Source: Macrostomum hystrix | Taxonomy: Eukaryota > Animalia > Platyhelminthes | Assembly: GCA_950097015.1 (NCBI GenBank) | Contig: CATNEN010000024.1 | Location: 2,046,001 to 2,110,000, forward strand | DNA length: 64,000 bases | Direction of reading: 5' to 3' | Part shown: positions 24,701-36,817 of the stretch, piece by piece | Numbering within the stretch: position 1 is the first letter of the stretch | How the letters are laid out: every line of letters begins with the position of its first letter | Position numbers and translations under genes: made by a program | The notes under the pieces: generated by a model | Told to the model about the DNA's origin: nothing | Database searches by the model: none | What the model saw: the letters and a program-made list of their open reading frames with translations, nothing else

Positions 24701-26434
24701 AACTACAGAACTGCCACCGAGCCGGTTCTATCCGGTTCCAAAATCTTCTTTCCTTCGCTTTCTTCAACAGAAGTGGAATAGGAATTGACACCTGGGGTTG
24801 TCAGGGCCCCGAGATTAGCTTGGGTTGGAGCAAAATGAGAGACTAAGAAATGAGACGTCACCGATAATTTCGCTCGTACATGACAGAGTTCGCCAGCAAA
24901 GACCAGATCAAACTTCCGTTTCAGACCTGTGAGGCCTTGATGATGACAGGCGGGTCTAGTCCCGCTGATACTAGACTTTCCTGTTTGGCTATCAGCCCGT
25001 TGGAGTTCGCCTCAGCTCAAAATCTAGATCTTACTTTATCATTCACGCCATTCCCTTTAATTCGGCTAGGATGAGGGGGAGATTTATCCCCAAGCCAGCC
25101 CGCGGAGCCTGAATGTAGTAATTAAATGAAGCTTCCTTTCCACACCGGCCCTCTGCTGCGCCTCAGACTGTTGGGAATCGGCAAGTGAATTTCTTCTGGG
25201 GAGAAAAATATAAAGCGGGAAGATGATGAAGAGCGCGGAGGAGGAGGCGGCTGATCTCTCCCAGCGCAGGCCTCGAGGGCCCAGTTTGAGACATGTGGCT
25301 CGCGGCATCCTTTGGAATTGGCTGAGGAAATTGCTGCTCATGCCATGTGTCAGTCGTGAATTTTTCATTCTCGCTCTGGTCCGCGCTACCCCCCCCCACT
25401 CCGCAGGAAAAAATCCGGCTCGAACCGGAACCAGCGGAGTGCCGGGAGTCCCCATCTCCTGCATATCACAGGCACAGCTCCAGCACCAAAGGGGGTGCCT
25501 GTGGTGCTGCTTTCAGATCCTGATTGTCAGTCTACGAATTATTGCTACAGAGAGAAAAAGATGGATTGAGTATTCTGGAGTGGAGCGATATATCTGATGG
25601 GATTGTTGAGCATGACGGCTATGAGGAGGGGATTACTCTCACGCCGCCGCTGCTCCTTCCACCTCGCTGCGGTGCCTGGTGCCTTGACTTTTTGCCAATT
25701 TCTCTGGCTGGTTAGTAGTTAGGTTAGAATTCCTGCCTGACGGGAGAACAAGGCAACACGAGGCGACACGAGGCAAGAGGGAAAAAGTCCCACGGAGACG
25801 CTGAGCTAGTCGATTCCCGTTGCATGCAACAGGCCGGATCTGGGGTGGGTCGAGAGCGACAGGGAGAGGGGAAGAGACGAGGCTGGAATCGAACCTCGCG
25901 CCCCTTAGCCCACGTGGCTTACTGGCTGAATTTTTTGGAGAAAAATCAATTCCAAAGTATATAAGGATTAAAATAAAATTAATAATATTATTGCCTTAGC
26001 TGTCAAATTGCGTTGAGCAGTCTAGTGGTTGCTGAATGATTTCTCCCCAGAGTGGGAGAACTTCCTCATTTTCCTCGCTAAAGACGAAGTGAGTGGGGAG
26101 AGAGAGTGCGGTGGAAGGGGAGCAAGAACTGGTAGGAGGGGATTCATGGGGGTCGTTAGGGAGGCCAGCTGTGGTACAGGGGATCAGGAATGAGTACAAA
26201 TCCCACTAAGGAATATTTCAAATATGCTCGAACAATGTACTCCATAGGAATGCAAAAAGATACGAAACAGCAACTCAAATCACCAGTTGGCATCTCACCG
26301 TAGGTCTTGTCCGGGGCGGACGAGAACGTGATACGGGTCTCCTTCGATTGCGGCTGCTGCTGGGCGACGCCGCCGTCCCCGCCGGCAGATCCTGGCACTC
26401 CGGCCACCACGAAACGACTGTTGTCGCTGGCCAT
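6787..26434 (-). CDS. kcc: Potassium-chloride cotransporter (SLC12A4-7/KCC type), about 1053 aa, 9 coding exons
   Basis: Exons (minus): 26434-26299, 21200-21130, 18592-18152, 16803-16134, 15421-15364, 14999-14881, 14370-13540, 11085-10482, 7018-6787. All GT-AG, phases consistent, total 3162 nt. SLC12 motifs: [111 protein letters not shown]. Confidence 0.95.
7025..8300. repeat. Compound intronic minisatellite: 30-bp (GAGAGTAACTGAAGGACCAGGGAGACTGCA)n, then related 31-bp (GGGAGTAATTGAAGGACCAGTGAAAAGGACA)n
   Basis: Two sub-arrays share a GAGTAAYTGAAGGACCAG core, switch near 7460, and abut the acceptor of the last KCC exon. Confidence 0.95.
9996..10151. other. Long imperfect inverted repeat/hairpin (gapless 55-bp outer stem) in KCC intron
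   Basis: 9996-10050 pairs with 10151-10097: 44 Watson-Crick, 5 G.U and 6 mismatches on the plus strand, plus inner stems closing a TGTC loop at 10077-10080. Confidence 0.8.
11095..11320 (+). mobile_element. SINE-like dispersed repeat fragment
   Basis: Shares GGATAAGAC and GCTTCAGTTCACCC...ACGGGTA motifs with the element at 45830-46000. Confidence 0.45.
12878..13265. repeat. Degenerate 16-bp minisatellite (CCTCGAGACGTCATAT)n
   Basis: Visible array in the KCC intron; unit contains the palindromes CTCGAG and GACGTC. Confidence 0.9.
14480..14805. mobile_element. Short non-autonomous TIR element (MITE) with CAGTAGAAA termini
   Basis: CAGTAGAAA (14480) and TTTCTACTG (14797-14805), with TA one base outside each end. 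Internal motifs GGG(G/A)GTA(C/T)TTCAAATACCC and GCATCGTCnAGATATTCA recur at about 44573 and about 45450. Confidence 0.55.
15785..16020. repeat. CT-rich low-complexity/degenerate tandem repeat
   Basis: Polypyrimidine repeat of TCTCTCCCC/CTTCC motifs on the plus strand. Confidence 0.85.
17940..18130. repeat. 27-bp minisatellite (CCCACTGCCCCATCTATCTACCGATCT)n
   Basis: About 7 copies, starting about 20 nt inside the donor end of a KCC intron. Confidence 0.95.
18625..19178. repeat. 37-bp minisatellite (GATTGCTAGACTAGCCCCGATGCTCTGAAGTGTGATG)n
   Basis: About 15 near-identical head-to-tail copies with no spacers, about 30 nt from a KCC acceptor. Confidence 0.97.
22261..22438 (-). CDS. Alternative first coding exon of the KCC gene ([21 protein letters not shown]...[19 protein letters not shown])
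   Basis: A-rich context before the ATG (AATCAACAATG), 178-nt open frame ending at a GTGAGT donor in phase 1, which matches the phase-1 acceptor at 21200. Confidence 0.6.
24138..24478. repeat. 30-bp minisatellite (CTGACACAGTTCGAGATGGTTGGGTAATAG)n
   Basis: About 11 copies with a G/A variant (TTGGG/TTGAG). Confidence 0.97.
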
Positions 26435-27307
26435 TTGTCGGTTAAGTTAGTCCAAAGGTTGGATAGCAGTTGATGGCTTCTTGTCAATGTGGATAGAAAA
26501 ACGCTGCCAATTTAGGGTATAACGTTTCGGTTTATAACGTACTATTCAGTAGAGCTGCCGCTTATGTTGAGACTGCGTGGAGCACGGGGTGGAGAACTGG
26601 TCTCTCTAGCCAATCAGGAATGGCCTTGACGAGGGACTTTACTTGCCTTGTCCTTCAAGGGGGTGGGTGGCTCACTCCCTGGAGTGGCAGTGTCTGTGCT
26701 CAACCTCTTTCTCCCCCTCTCTCTGTCTCTGGCTTCTTCCCCAAACGGTCCAAGTGAGAAAGAGAAACTGGTTCAATCCGGAATAATAAAACAAGTTATC
26801 GAAGAAGTCAACCGCGACTAAAAAAAATAAGAAGACCGGAGGGTGCACCCTCCCCCCGCTGGAATAGATAAGCTGTGGAATGAAGAATAAATATAGCTGA
26901 TTCGCTGAAGCAAATGGAAGCTAATTTAGTGCCTATCGCTGTCTCTGCGTCGACAGAGAATCAATGGATATCGATGGGCTGCTGAATTTGATTTCGCATT
27001 TGTCGTCAGACTGATTCTAGAAACTACAATTGATGATTGCAACGTCCCACTGACGTTAGATAGTAAGATACACCGCGCTCTTAAAACTTCAATGCGAGAC
27101 ACGAACCATTCTGAGCTGTTTTGGGGGCTCATACGTTTGATAAGGCGGCCAGGGACGGCCCAAATTTCTACTTTATCTCCGCCTCAGGTCAATTGAGGCG
27201 CGCGAGTTACGCTGAGGTGGGCGCCAGTGGAGTCCGGGCATGAGGTCAGCTCGTGACATGTCGCTGCCACTGACTACACGTCTGGGGCATTTGCACGCCG
27301 TGCAGAC

Positions 27308-27870
27308 CTCTACCCTGCAACCCACTCTACCGTGCTGTGCACTCTACCCTGCTACCCACTCTACCCTGCAACCCACTCTACCCTGCAACCCACTCTACCG
27401 TGCTGTGCACTCTACCCTGCTACCCACTCTACCCTGCAACCCACTCTACCCTGCAACCCACTCTACCGTGCTGTGCACTCTACCCTGCTACCCACTCTAC
27501 CCTGCAACCCACTCTACCCTGCAACCCACTCTACCCTGCAACCCACTCTACCCTGCAACCCACTCTACCCTGCAACCCACTCTAACCTGCAACCCACTCT
27601 ACCCTGCAACCCACTCTACCCTGCAACCCACTCTACCCTGCAACCCACTCTACCCTGCAACCCACTCTACCCTGCAACCCACTCTACCCTGCAACCCACT
27701 CTACCCTGCAACCCACTCTACCCTGCAACCCACTCTACCCTGCAACCCACTTTACCGTGCTACCCACTCTTCCGTGCTACCTACTCTACAGAGTTATGCA
27801 CTCTACTCTGCTACCCACTCTACCATGATATGCACTCTACCCTGCTATCCACTCTACCTTTCCCACTCTA
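27308..27870. repeat. 17-bp minisatellite (CCCACTCTACCCTGCAA)n with variant units
   Basis: Visible array; a variant block CCGTGCTGTGCACTCTACCCTGCTA recurs three times at the left end. Confidence 0.95.
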
Positions 27871-28386
27871 CCTCTAGTTCTCAGATCTCTGAGATCAATG
27901 GAAATCTCCGACCTTATTTTGTACTTTTCCAAGCACTACTAGCAGACCTGGGTGCAATCTGCTACCAGATGCATTCTATTAAAACAAAATTGCTTCTCAA
28001 TTTGGCAAGCGCACGATTAAAGGTCGCTAGCTATGTGACAATTTTCATGTATGCGCATTGCAAAGCATGGGATCCTATACTCACAGTTGAGTAGCAGATA
28101 CACAATAAGAGAGTAACACAGATGATAGTCAGGTGACCTTGACAAGGCTATTGCTGCAGTTGATTATTATTTGCTCATTTTTTTTACGCGATCGATGCCA
28201 CATAGCGTGATTAATTATAACCCTGTGGAAATTCATCCCCAAGCCTATAAGGTGTTCAAATATATGAACGATAACGTACAAATTTCATTGATTGATAAAC
28301 AAAATCAGCTAGGAACAGTATAATCACATTATTGACTTACTCTTTTGGCTAGCCAGTGGAAAAACATTTCTATACCAATAAAACTT

Positions 28387-28975
28387 CTCAGCTGATAATT
28401 CTACTGCTGCTGCTGCTAGGAGCAGTACAGACAAAAACTGCTCAGATGATAATTCTACTGCTGCTGCTGCTAGGAGCAGTACAGACAAAAACTGCTCAGA
28501 TGATAATTCTACTGCTGCTGCTGCTAGGAGCAGTACAGACAAAAACTGCTCAGATGATAATTCTACTGCTGCTGCTGCTAGGAGCAGTACAGACAAAAAC
28601 TGCTCAGCTGATAATTCTACTGCTGCTGCTGCTAGGAGCAGTACAGACAAAAACTGCTCAGATGATAATTCTACTGCTGCTGCTGCTAGGAGCAGTACAG
28701 ACAAAAACTGCTCAGATGATAATTCTACTGCTGCTGCTGCTAGGAGCAGTACAGACAAAAACTGCTCAGCTGATAATTCTACTGCTGCTGCTGCTAGGAG
28801 CAGTATAGACAAAAACTGCTCAGATGATAATTCTACTACTGCTGCTGCTAGGAGCAGTACAGACAAAAACTGCTCAGATGATAATTCTATTGCTGCTGCT
28901 GCTAGGAGCAGTACAGACAAAAACTGCTCAGCTGATAATTCTACTGCTGCTGCTGCTAGGAGCAGTATAGACAAA
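28387..28975. repeat. 54-bp minisatellite with (CTG)n core and internal GAGCAGT/ACTGCTC inverted repeat
   Basis: About 11 copies with period 54. Confidence 0.95.
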
Positions 28976-29394
28976 GAAATCTGAGAAATTTGCGCCCCTC
29001 GGGCTGAGCAAAACTCCCCTCTCCGTCCACGCCTTGACTAAGTTCTTCGACAACAGAGGGGGTGGGATTGCTGGCTGGGTGGGATTCCCCTCGCGTCTTC
29101 CCCGTTGCTGCAAGCCGAGACTAAGTTGGGGTGGCGCGAAGGGAGGCAGAAGACGCCAGGGTAGGGAATAAGGTTGGGATAAATATACAGCGCGTGTCAT
29201 TCAGCCCGGATCCCACTCTGCTCAGCGAGCAGGGGGGAGGGCGGCTCCGCGGCGAATCCAGTATCAACCGGCCGAAGTCGGCTGGACGGACGTAGCCGGA
29301 GCGCACTGCAGGACAGTGCCTTCCTCCCTGAGCAACCCGACACTCTAGTTACGATGAAGGTTAAATTGCGGGCAAGCCAACACACCCTGAATTC

Positions 29395-29790
29395 TATGAT
29401 CCATTCTGTTCCTTTACCCATGGGATAGATTAGCAATCCATTCTGTTCCTTTACCCATGGGATAGATTAGCAATCCATTCTGTTCCTTTACCCATGGCAT
29501 AGATTAGCAATCCATTCTATTCGTTCACCATGGGATAGATTAGCAATCCATTCTATTCGTTCACCATGGGATGGATTAGTAATCCATTCTATTTCTTCAT
29601 CCATGGGATGGATTAGCAATCCATTCTATTCCTTCCTTTCTATTCGTTCAATTCGTTCTATTCATTCACCCATAGGATAGATTAGCAATCCATTCTGTTC
29701 CTTATACATGGGATAGATTGGCAATGCATTTTATTCCTTCATCTATGGGATAAATTAGAAATGCATTGAATTTCCTCATCCATGGGATTA
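29395..29790. repeat. Degenerate ~37-bp minisatellite (GGGATAGATTAGCAATCCATTCTGTTCCTTTACCCAT)n
   Basis: First copies near identical, decaying to the right. Confidence 0.85.
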
Positions 29791-31014
29791 GACTAACATC
29801 GGTCTGGCTGCTGTCTGGCTTTTGGGAAGCTGCGCAACTGAAACGATTGCAATAAAAAATTCGATGCTGAGAGAGAACTCACATCGCTAAAACTGGTACA
29901 TTGCACACTCTTATTTTCCCAACAGACCGTGAACTGCCTGCGACGAAAAAGTATTTTCCCTAGCAACAATTAAGGCCTAGCTGGCACAAGTGCGTCGCTT
30001 CGCCCACCCCAATGATTCAGTTCCCAAATTGTGTACAGATACGGATAATCCTAAGCAGTATTAAACAGTCCTGCGCGCAGAGAATGAAATTTCGTTCCAA
30101 TTTTGTAATGGAATCTGCTTAGATAGGGAAAAGTATTGAACAAAAATGAATGATTCAATAGAACTTCTCTGAGAATATGCTCAGCTAAAATGTGTACGGG
30201 ATCAGAGCAGCAAGGACGGACACGGAGAAGGGGATAAATCTGTCAAAGGATTTCGCGCATCAGGAGATCTACAATATCCCCTATCCTTAGAGACTGTCAG
30301 ATTCTCATTGCGGGTTCTCAGACTGTAAGCCGAAGTGATGCATCAATGGATCGTTGTGTGGGGGCTGTGAAATTGTTGTTGTAAGTTCCATTGCAGGGTC
30401 GCCCCATAGGTCGGGACTGAATATATTTCTACTGAATGGCTGATTTGCATTGACAATATTAAAATGCAGCGCAAAGCCTTAACAAGCATGAAAACATTGA
30501 CAATGGCAGGCGCCACTGACAGGAGTCTGAGTTCCTGCTTTATTGAGCAATTGAGTTTGGCGAAGAACCTTGAACTCAATCTATTTAACCATATATTAGG
30601 AGTGCCCGACTTACTAGTTATTCATAGTACTTAATAGGGTGTCAGAGTCTGTAATCTAGCTGAAATTTGTTTTTCTTTTCACTACAAATTAATTTCTTAG
30701 TAATATGCAAAGCTGTAGTTCTGAATGTAAAGACTGAAGGAGCAAAATTGTCTGTGTTTTAACAAAATAATTAAAAAAATTCTAAAAAACCGACTAGTGT
30801 TTATTCCGTACTTTAGACAGCTCCCTTCCTAAGCTCATCATTTCGTACACGTGAGACCTACACTCGGTCGCATCAGATTCTAAAAAAAGATTTTCCCATC
30901 AATCGACTAATCCACCCGCTGGGCAGCTAGGGAGAGAATAAAAGTGCAAGCTGAGAAATTCGGTGACCTAGATTTGAGAACTTTTGAGCCAACAAAAACT
31001 AGATACTGAAATAA

Positions 31015-31498
31015 CACTGAGGGGACAGCGGGTCCCACTGAAGTCACACTGAGGAGACAGCGGGTCCCACTGAAGCCACACTGAGGAGACAGCGGGTCCC
31101 ACTGAAGTCACACTGAGGGGACAGCGGGTCCCACTGAAGTCACACTGAGGAGACAGCGGGTCCCACTGAAGTCACACTGAGGGGACAGCGGTTCTCACTG
31201 AAGTCACACTGAGGAGACAGCGGGTCTCACTGAAGTCACACTGAGGAGACAGCGGGTCTCACTGAAGTCACACTGAGGAGACAGCGGGTCTCACTGAAGT
31301 CACACTGAGGAGACAGCGGGTCTCACTGAAGTCACACTGAGGAGACAGCGGGTCTCACTGAAGTCACACTGAGGAGACAGCGGGTCTCACTGAAGTCACA
31401 CTGAGGAGACAGCGGGTCTCACTGAAGTCACACTGAGGAGACAGCGGGTCTCACTGAAGTCACACTGAGGAGACAGCGGGTCTCACTGAAGTCACACT
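31015..31498. repeat. 32-bp minisatellite (CACTGAGGAGACAGCGGGTCTCACTGAAGTCA)n
   Basis: About 15 copies. Confidence 0.97.
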
Positions 31499-31964
31499 TT
31501 CCTATTCTGAATTTCCTCGTCACGTTACACATTTCCTCGCTGTTCTCCCCAGTTGCTCAAAGAAGTAGAAGCTAACAGAAGATCATGAAACATTAACAGA
31601 CGGCTGGACAAACTACTAGTAGATAAAAAACAAACTTTGAGGACTGCCTCAGTTTACAGAGGAATGCCATTAGTCCGAACAAAATAGTCGAGCTAAAAGA
31701 GTGACAGCAAAAAACTTTCCGACCAGATCATATCCACGACCGGTGAGTTTTTTAAAGCGCAAACTACTACAAAAATAATACATTCTAAGTTATCCAGCAC
31801 TTTCTGCACTCCTTAAAAGCTATTTCCTAATTAGATTCCGGAAATTTTTTCAGCACCACGATGACTTCATTTTGCTCCTACATTTTCTATTGAAATTAAT
31901 TTCGAACTCCAATGAAATCTCTTTTACAACAATGGGCATATAAGACACCTTTATTAACTACTCA

Positions 31965-32410
31965 GAGACCTTACTGTCTACTCATACACCTCATTGTCTA
32001 CTCATACACCTCATTGTCTACTCATACACCTCATTGTCTACTCAGAGACCTCACAGTCTACTCAGAGACCTCACAGTCTACTCAGAGACCTCACTGTCTA
32101 CTCAGAGACCTCACAGTCTACTCAGAGACCTCACTGTCTACTCAGAGACCTCACAGTCTACTCAGAGACCTCACTGTCTACTCAGAGACCTCACAGTCTA
32201 CTCAGAGACCTCACTGTCTACTCAGAGACCTCACAGTCTACTCAGAGACCTCACAGTCTACTCAGAGACCTCACTGTCTACTCAGAGACCTCACAGTCTA
32301 CTCAGAGACCTCACTGTCTACTCAGAGACCTCACAGTCTACTCAGAGACCTCACTGTCTAGTCTGAGACCTCACTGTCTACTCAGGGACCACACTATCTA
32401 CTCAGAAACC
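31965..32410. repeat. 20-bp minisatellite (TCTACTCAGAGACCTCACWG)n
   Basis: About 22 copies with alternating A/T variants. Confidence 0.95.
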
Positions 32411-33204
32411 ACTACTCTTAGAGTCGACTTAGACACCCTACTGTCGATTTAGAGACTCAATTTCTACAACAAATTCACAATTTTAAGCATTATCTATGTT
32501 ACAGCTATGGATGCTAAAAATTCAAATAAAAAGACGTTTATCAAACTAAATAAGGGAAAAATATTTTGAATAATTTAAGTGGACAAGCACAGAGGAATAT
32601 TTTTCTGAGCCTTGTGTTTCATCTAAAAAAAACAGTGAGCAAAACTGTCCCATTGGTACCTAATGCTACAATAGATTAGCGAGGATACGCGTCTGTCATT
32701 GCCTAGAGTCCAGCAGGAAAATGACAAACACTCACAATGTCTATCGGCCCCGAAGTGCTATGATCGTTGGTCGCATAGACGCTAATACAATTTTCGACCT
32801 ACCCTTAGCCACATTGAGATAATTGACTCCCAATCTTGCCTTCTTCACATTACATTGACAGCTTCGGCTAAATCAATTTGGGCTTGCAGTACTGTAAATA
32901 AGCATAATTTCATCTTGCCGCAATCATGTCTGCTTCTTTTGGAGTGCTGAATTCTCATTCAGATGTTTTTCTTGTTACATGGCTCAAACCTAATCTCGCA
33001 GCTAATAGGTTTGTAAATGACCAAAAGCAGAAAATATTTTTGGAACTTATAAAATTTCCAATTCCCTCCCTGGTTTGTGTCAGACCTAAAAGTTAAAATA
33101 AATCACCTATAAACGAGCTAGAAGACACATCAGATTTGAAAAATTGATTGTTAGATTACAAAGATCAGGGCAATATCAAGAAAATGCCAGTTATAAGGGG
33201 GTTG

Positions 33205-33470
33205 TAGACTTGTAGCCTATAGTCGTTAGAGCGTCGACTTACGACTTTAAGGACGGGGGTTCGATTCCCGACTCCACTAAAACAATTTGTATTATTTGGC
33301 AAGACACTTAGCCGGGGTAATTGGGGGACAGAGTACTGCGTCCCCCCAGTCCATGGACTGTACAGCCGTACGCAGCCTTCAGATGCGCTGCGCAATAGCA
33401 GCGGCTGTGCTGTCGGCTGCACGTCGGGCCCAATTGTGGCAGGTGAAATCAATTACATATAAACTATATG
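33205..33470 (+). mobile_element. tRNA-derived SINE-like element (decayed tRNA head plus CORE-like box)
   Basis: A-box-like TAGCCTATAGTCGTTAGAGC, B-box GGTTCGATTCCC (about 33258-33269), then TTGGCAAGACACTTA resembling the GGCAAGTCACTTA box of CORE-type SINEs. The cloverleaf is broken, so it is not a functional tRNA. Confidence 0.55.
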
Positions 33471-35788
33471 GTGCCTTATAGGCTGAGAAGCACCTCAGCC
33501 TGGTGAACTTTTCAACACAGCTAAAAAACGCAATAAAATTTTTCTGCTCTATACGCGCTTTACTGTAATAGAATGCGTTAAAAATATACTCGGTACTTAC
33601 TTCAAGACACTATAACTCAAGCTGCTTATGATGCTGTCCTCAGCAATGACCGAATGTACGGATGTACGGTGATTTTACGGAGCAAAAATGCGGATGGCCG
33701 ACTGTGCCACAGTTTATAGGAGATCAGATGTGCAGATTTTATACCAAGCATGTACATGCATGCACACCCGGCAGTCACAAATAATGCTTTTTCACAGTGA
33801 ATTACATTCACGTGTATATTTACGCACTTAACTTAGACATACCCGGGTCATTCAACAGTTTGTATTCAGTATCCTCTGGTCCTATACTGCAGAGAGCGAC
33901 CCGACCTAGCTTTCAAGTGTCCGAAATAGCACAATGTGCGCTCACATGACAGCAATGCAGCATGGTAGACCGCGTCTACTGCTGCTATAGTATAGGAGAG
34001 AGGTGGAAGAGTAAGATAGCATCGCATTAGATTAGTGTCGGGGGCAAGAATAGCCGACAGGTGAGTCACCGTATGGCGCCCTCAAAATATGAATTAATGT
34101 TTCAGCTATAGTACGTACTTAATTGAAATCGAAAACTATTAGTGGCTGTTGGGTTGTTCTGTTAAAGGTGCAGTATAAAGTATTAACACAGAAAAGTTAT
34201 ATTTTGTAAAGAATGTGTGAATGCCTATTTGATTGGCGGCAATTTTTCGACCTATAAATGTCTCTTTAATTTTACTATATAACTTGTTCCAAGATCGAAT
34301 TGACATCAAACACTCGTGCACATCATCAATGCTACAAAAGTTTCGAGTGTTGAGCATTTGGCAATACATTTCTAGTCGCTCAAAAAGTAAAATGTTGTTG
34401 TAGTCATCTAGGACTCTAATGTGCATTTAAACGTGATAAAATAGTTTCCCAGTTTTCGAGATAATTACACATGCCTCTTTGTGTTACAGAAGCAAAAGAG
34501 ACGACTGCATGAGAAACGCATACATGTACTATCTAACCGTTTTTAAATAAACTAATAACGTATTAAACGTGTTCTAAATGCTCAGATAGAATTTAGCTAT
34601 TATATTTGTAATATATAGCTAAATTATGTTTGTTTTATTGAAAGTCATAAGAGTCGAGTTCAAGTCGAATTCGAAATCCGTGAGGGCATTATTTTTATTT
34701 CCGTGACACCTAGATTATAATATATTAGATTGGATCATGGGCAATAGTCTTTTAGCTAACTACTTGTCCAGTTGTAGAAAATGTAAAATTAGTGAAAATG
34801 TATATATTTAACAGACGTGTACTTCGTAGGTCTAATTTAATTGATAATGTAAACTAGGGTGAATTGGTAAACCATTTTAATATTTAATAGTCCTGTTTAC
34901 CATGCTGTTTAATAGCCAGCACCAAACATTTAAAAGTATTGTGTATGGCTAAATTATAACCATGCTCTTATTGCTTTTCAAAAGTCATATTCCGACATAG
35001 CTTTTAGATTTTCTTAATATTGGATTGCAATAAGTAAACTGGTAACTGAAATTTCATGTGGATGTGGTTAGTATTAGTATTTTTTCCTTAGTAGCTAATT
35101 AGTTGGCTATTGAAAAAATGAATACTTTCTTATTAAATTCAAAGTTCCATGTCGATATCAAATTTTAGCAACTTCAATTGAGCAAAGCCTTGATCATGAT
35201 ACACTAGCTATTTTAATGTAAGTAAAACTTTATTCAAGAACATTTAACACTAAGTTGACTAACTTAATAAAATATGTCGAATTGTATTAATTTGTAACTT
35301 AATTAGCAAAAATAGTAATTTATTTTCCTAAATCTATACTTAGAATTGGTTTGATTAGCTAAGGAAACAGAAAATTAAAAAATCAATGATAGTTTGCTGA
35401 ATTTTACTGTAACTTGTCAGAATCAGACAGGCCTTTACTAAAAATAGTGTATAATGCTTTGTATAGTCATCAGTCTTTTCGAGAAAAAGGTTATGATTAC
35501 CTTTTTATTGTTTTATTTTAAGCACATTTTATACAGGCAATTACAATTTACAAATATTCAGCATAACTTACATAAGTTAAATTGATTTTTGTTATCATTC
35601 GAAATTTAGATTTTTTGGCTTGTTGTTGGACACTCCTGATTGTTAATTTTTTCCATAGACTAAATCAGGCCTAAGTGTGCCAGTTGTTGCTTTGCTTTAG
35701 TTTCACGAAATAAAAAGTACATTTGGTTGTTCAATGAAGCGACTAAATATTTTTTCACCGGGTTTCAGTCTCGCTAGACAGAAGCAAG

Positions 35789-36226
35789 ATGCCAAACTCG
35801 CCTCAAGCCCAGACTGTGCAGCTGCAGCTAGAGAAGGTGGCCGAACGGGACAGCCGAGGCCAGCGCGTCATGATCAAAGACTCGGCTGGCGGCCTGACGC
35901 CTAAACTGCTGACTGGATTTCGATTCGCCGGTGGCATAGACCAGGACCGGCAGTATTGCCCTTACGGCTATCCGGACTGCGGCATCTATGTTACCCACGT
36001 GTACAGCGGCAGTCCGGCAGACAAAGCCGGCCTGCGTGTGCACGACAAGATCCTGCAGGTGAACGGCAACAATCTGGCTTTCCTTGGCCACGGCCAGGTG
36101 GCGGCCCTATTAAGTCGGGAGGCCCAGCTAAGCCTGCTGGTGCACAGGGGCTTTCAAAGATTCACAACGCAATTGAGCGATTCGCTAGGTTCGGATGCGC
36201 GAGTGTCAGCGTCTATGCTGCTTTAG
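35789..36226 (+). CDS. TAX1BP3: Single-PDZ protein, TAX1BP3/TIP-1-like, 145 aa, intronless
   Basis: GFRFAGGIDQD...GIYVTHVYSGSPADKAGLRVHDKILQVNG matches the TIP-1 signature GFSIGGGIDQD...GIYVTRV...GDKIMQVNG. Confidence 0.8.
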   Translation: MPNSPQAQTVQLQLEKVAERDSRGQRVMIKDSAGGLTPKLLTGFRFAGGIDQDRQYCPYGYPDCGIYVTHVYSGSPADKAGLRVHDKILQVNGNNLAFLGHGQVAALLSREAQLSLLVHRGFQRFTTQLSDSLGSDARVSASMLL

Positions 36227-36817
36227 GTTGAAAAACATGATCAATACCACATTATTCAACCATTGTGTACACAATCTATGGTCGATAACTTGCTGGCCAG
36301 GTGAAAAGTGTTCGCTGTAGATTTCATTGTGTTATGCTTGCTTTATGATTTATTAACAGAATAAGTATTTCTCTGTTTTTTATGCGTCTGTGGTATCTGA
36401 CTGTTTCGTTTCCACAGCTTGTTTTAATTTCCATATCTCGGGATGCAAGATGAATCACTCTCCACACGCAGTTGATGGTTAATTTAGTTCCTAGATAATT
36501 GAGTCTATTTGAATCTATTATTAAACTCTCCATTCATGTTTTCATAACACGAACTCAATTCTGGCTGTGCTGCGCACACAATTTTTTATATTTCTAATAT
36601 CTAGCGCCGAAACCATTTATTACTTACAGAGTGGCTAATCTCATTTTCTCAATATACGAATATATTAACCGTTTTTGTGTTTCCGATTCGTATTCGTATG
36701 GCTTGAAAATATAATGATGTAGAACGCTTAAAAACGTTTTTTATTTAATGAAACAGTTACAGGCAAAATGCATTAGAAAAATGCATATTTTTGGTTAATA
36801 TAAAAGCTATCAGGCTA

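Noticed and set aside
33205-33280. Functional tRNA gene
   Set aside because: Acceptor and T stems mispaired and the anticodon loop is 5 nt; better explained as a SINE head
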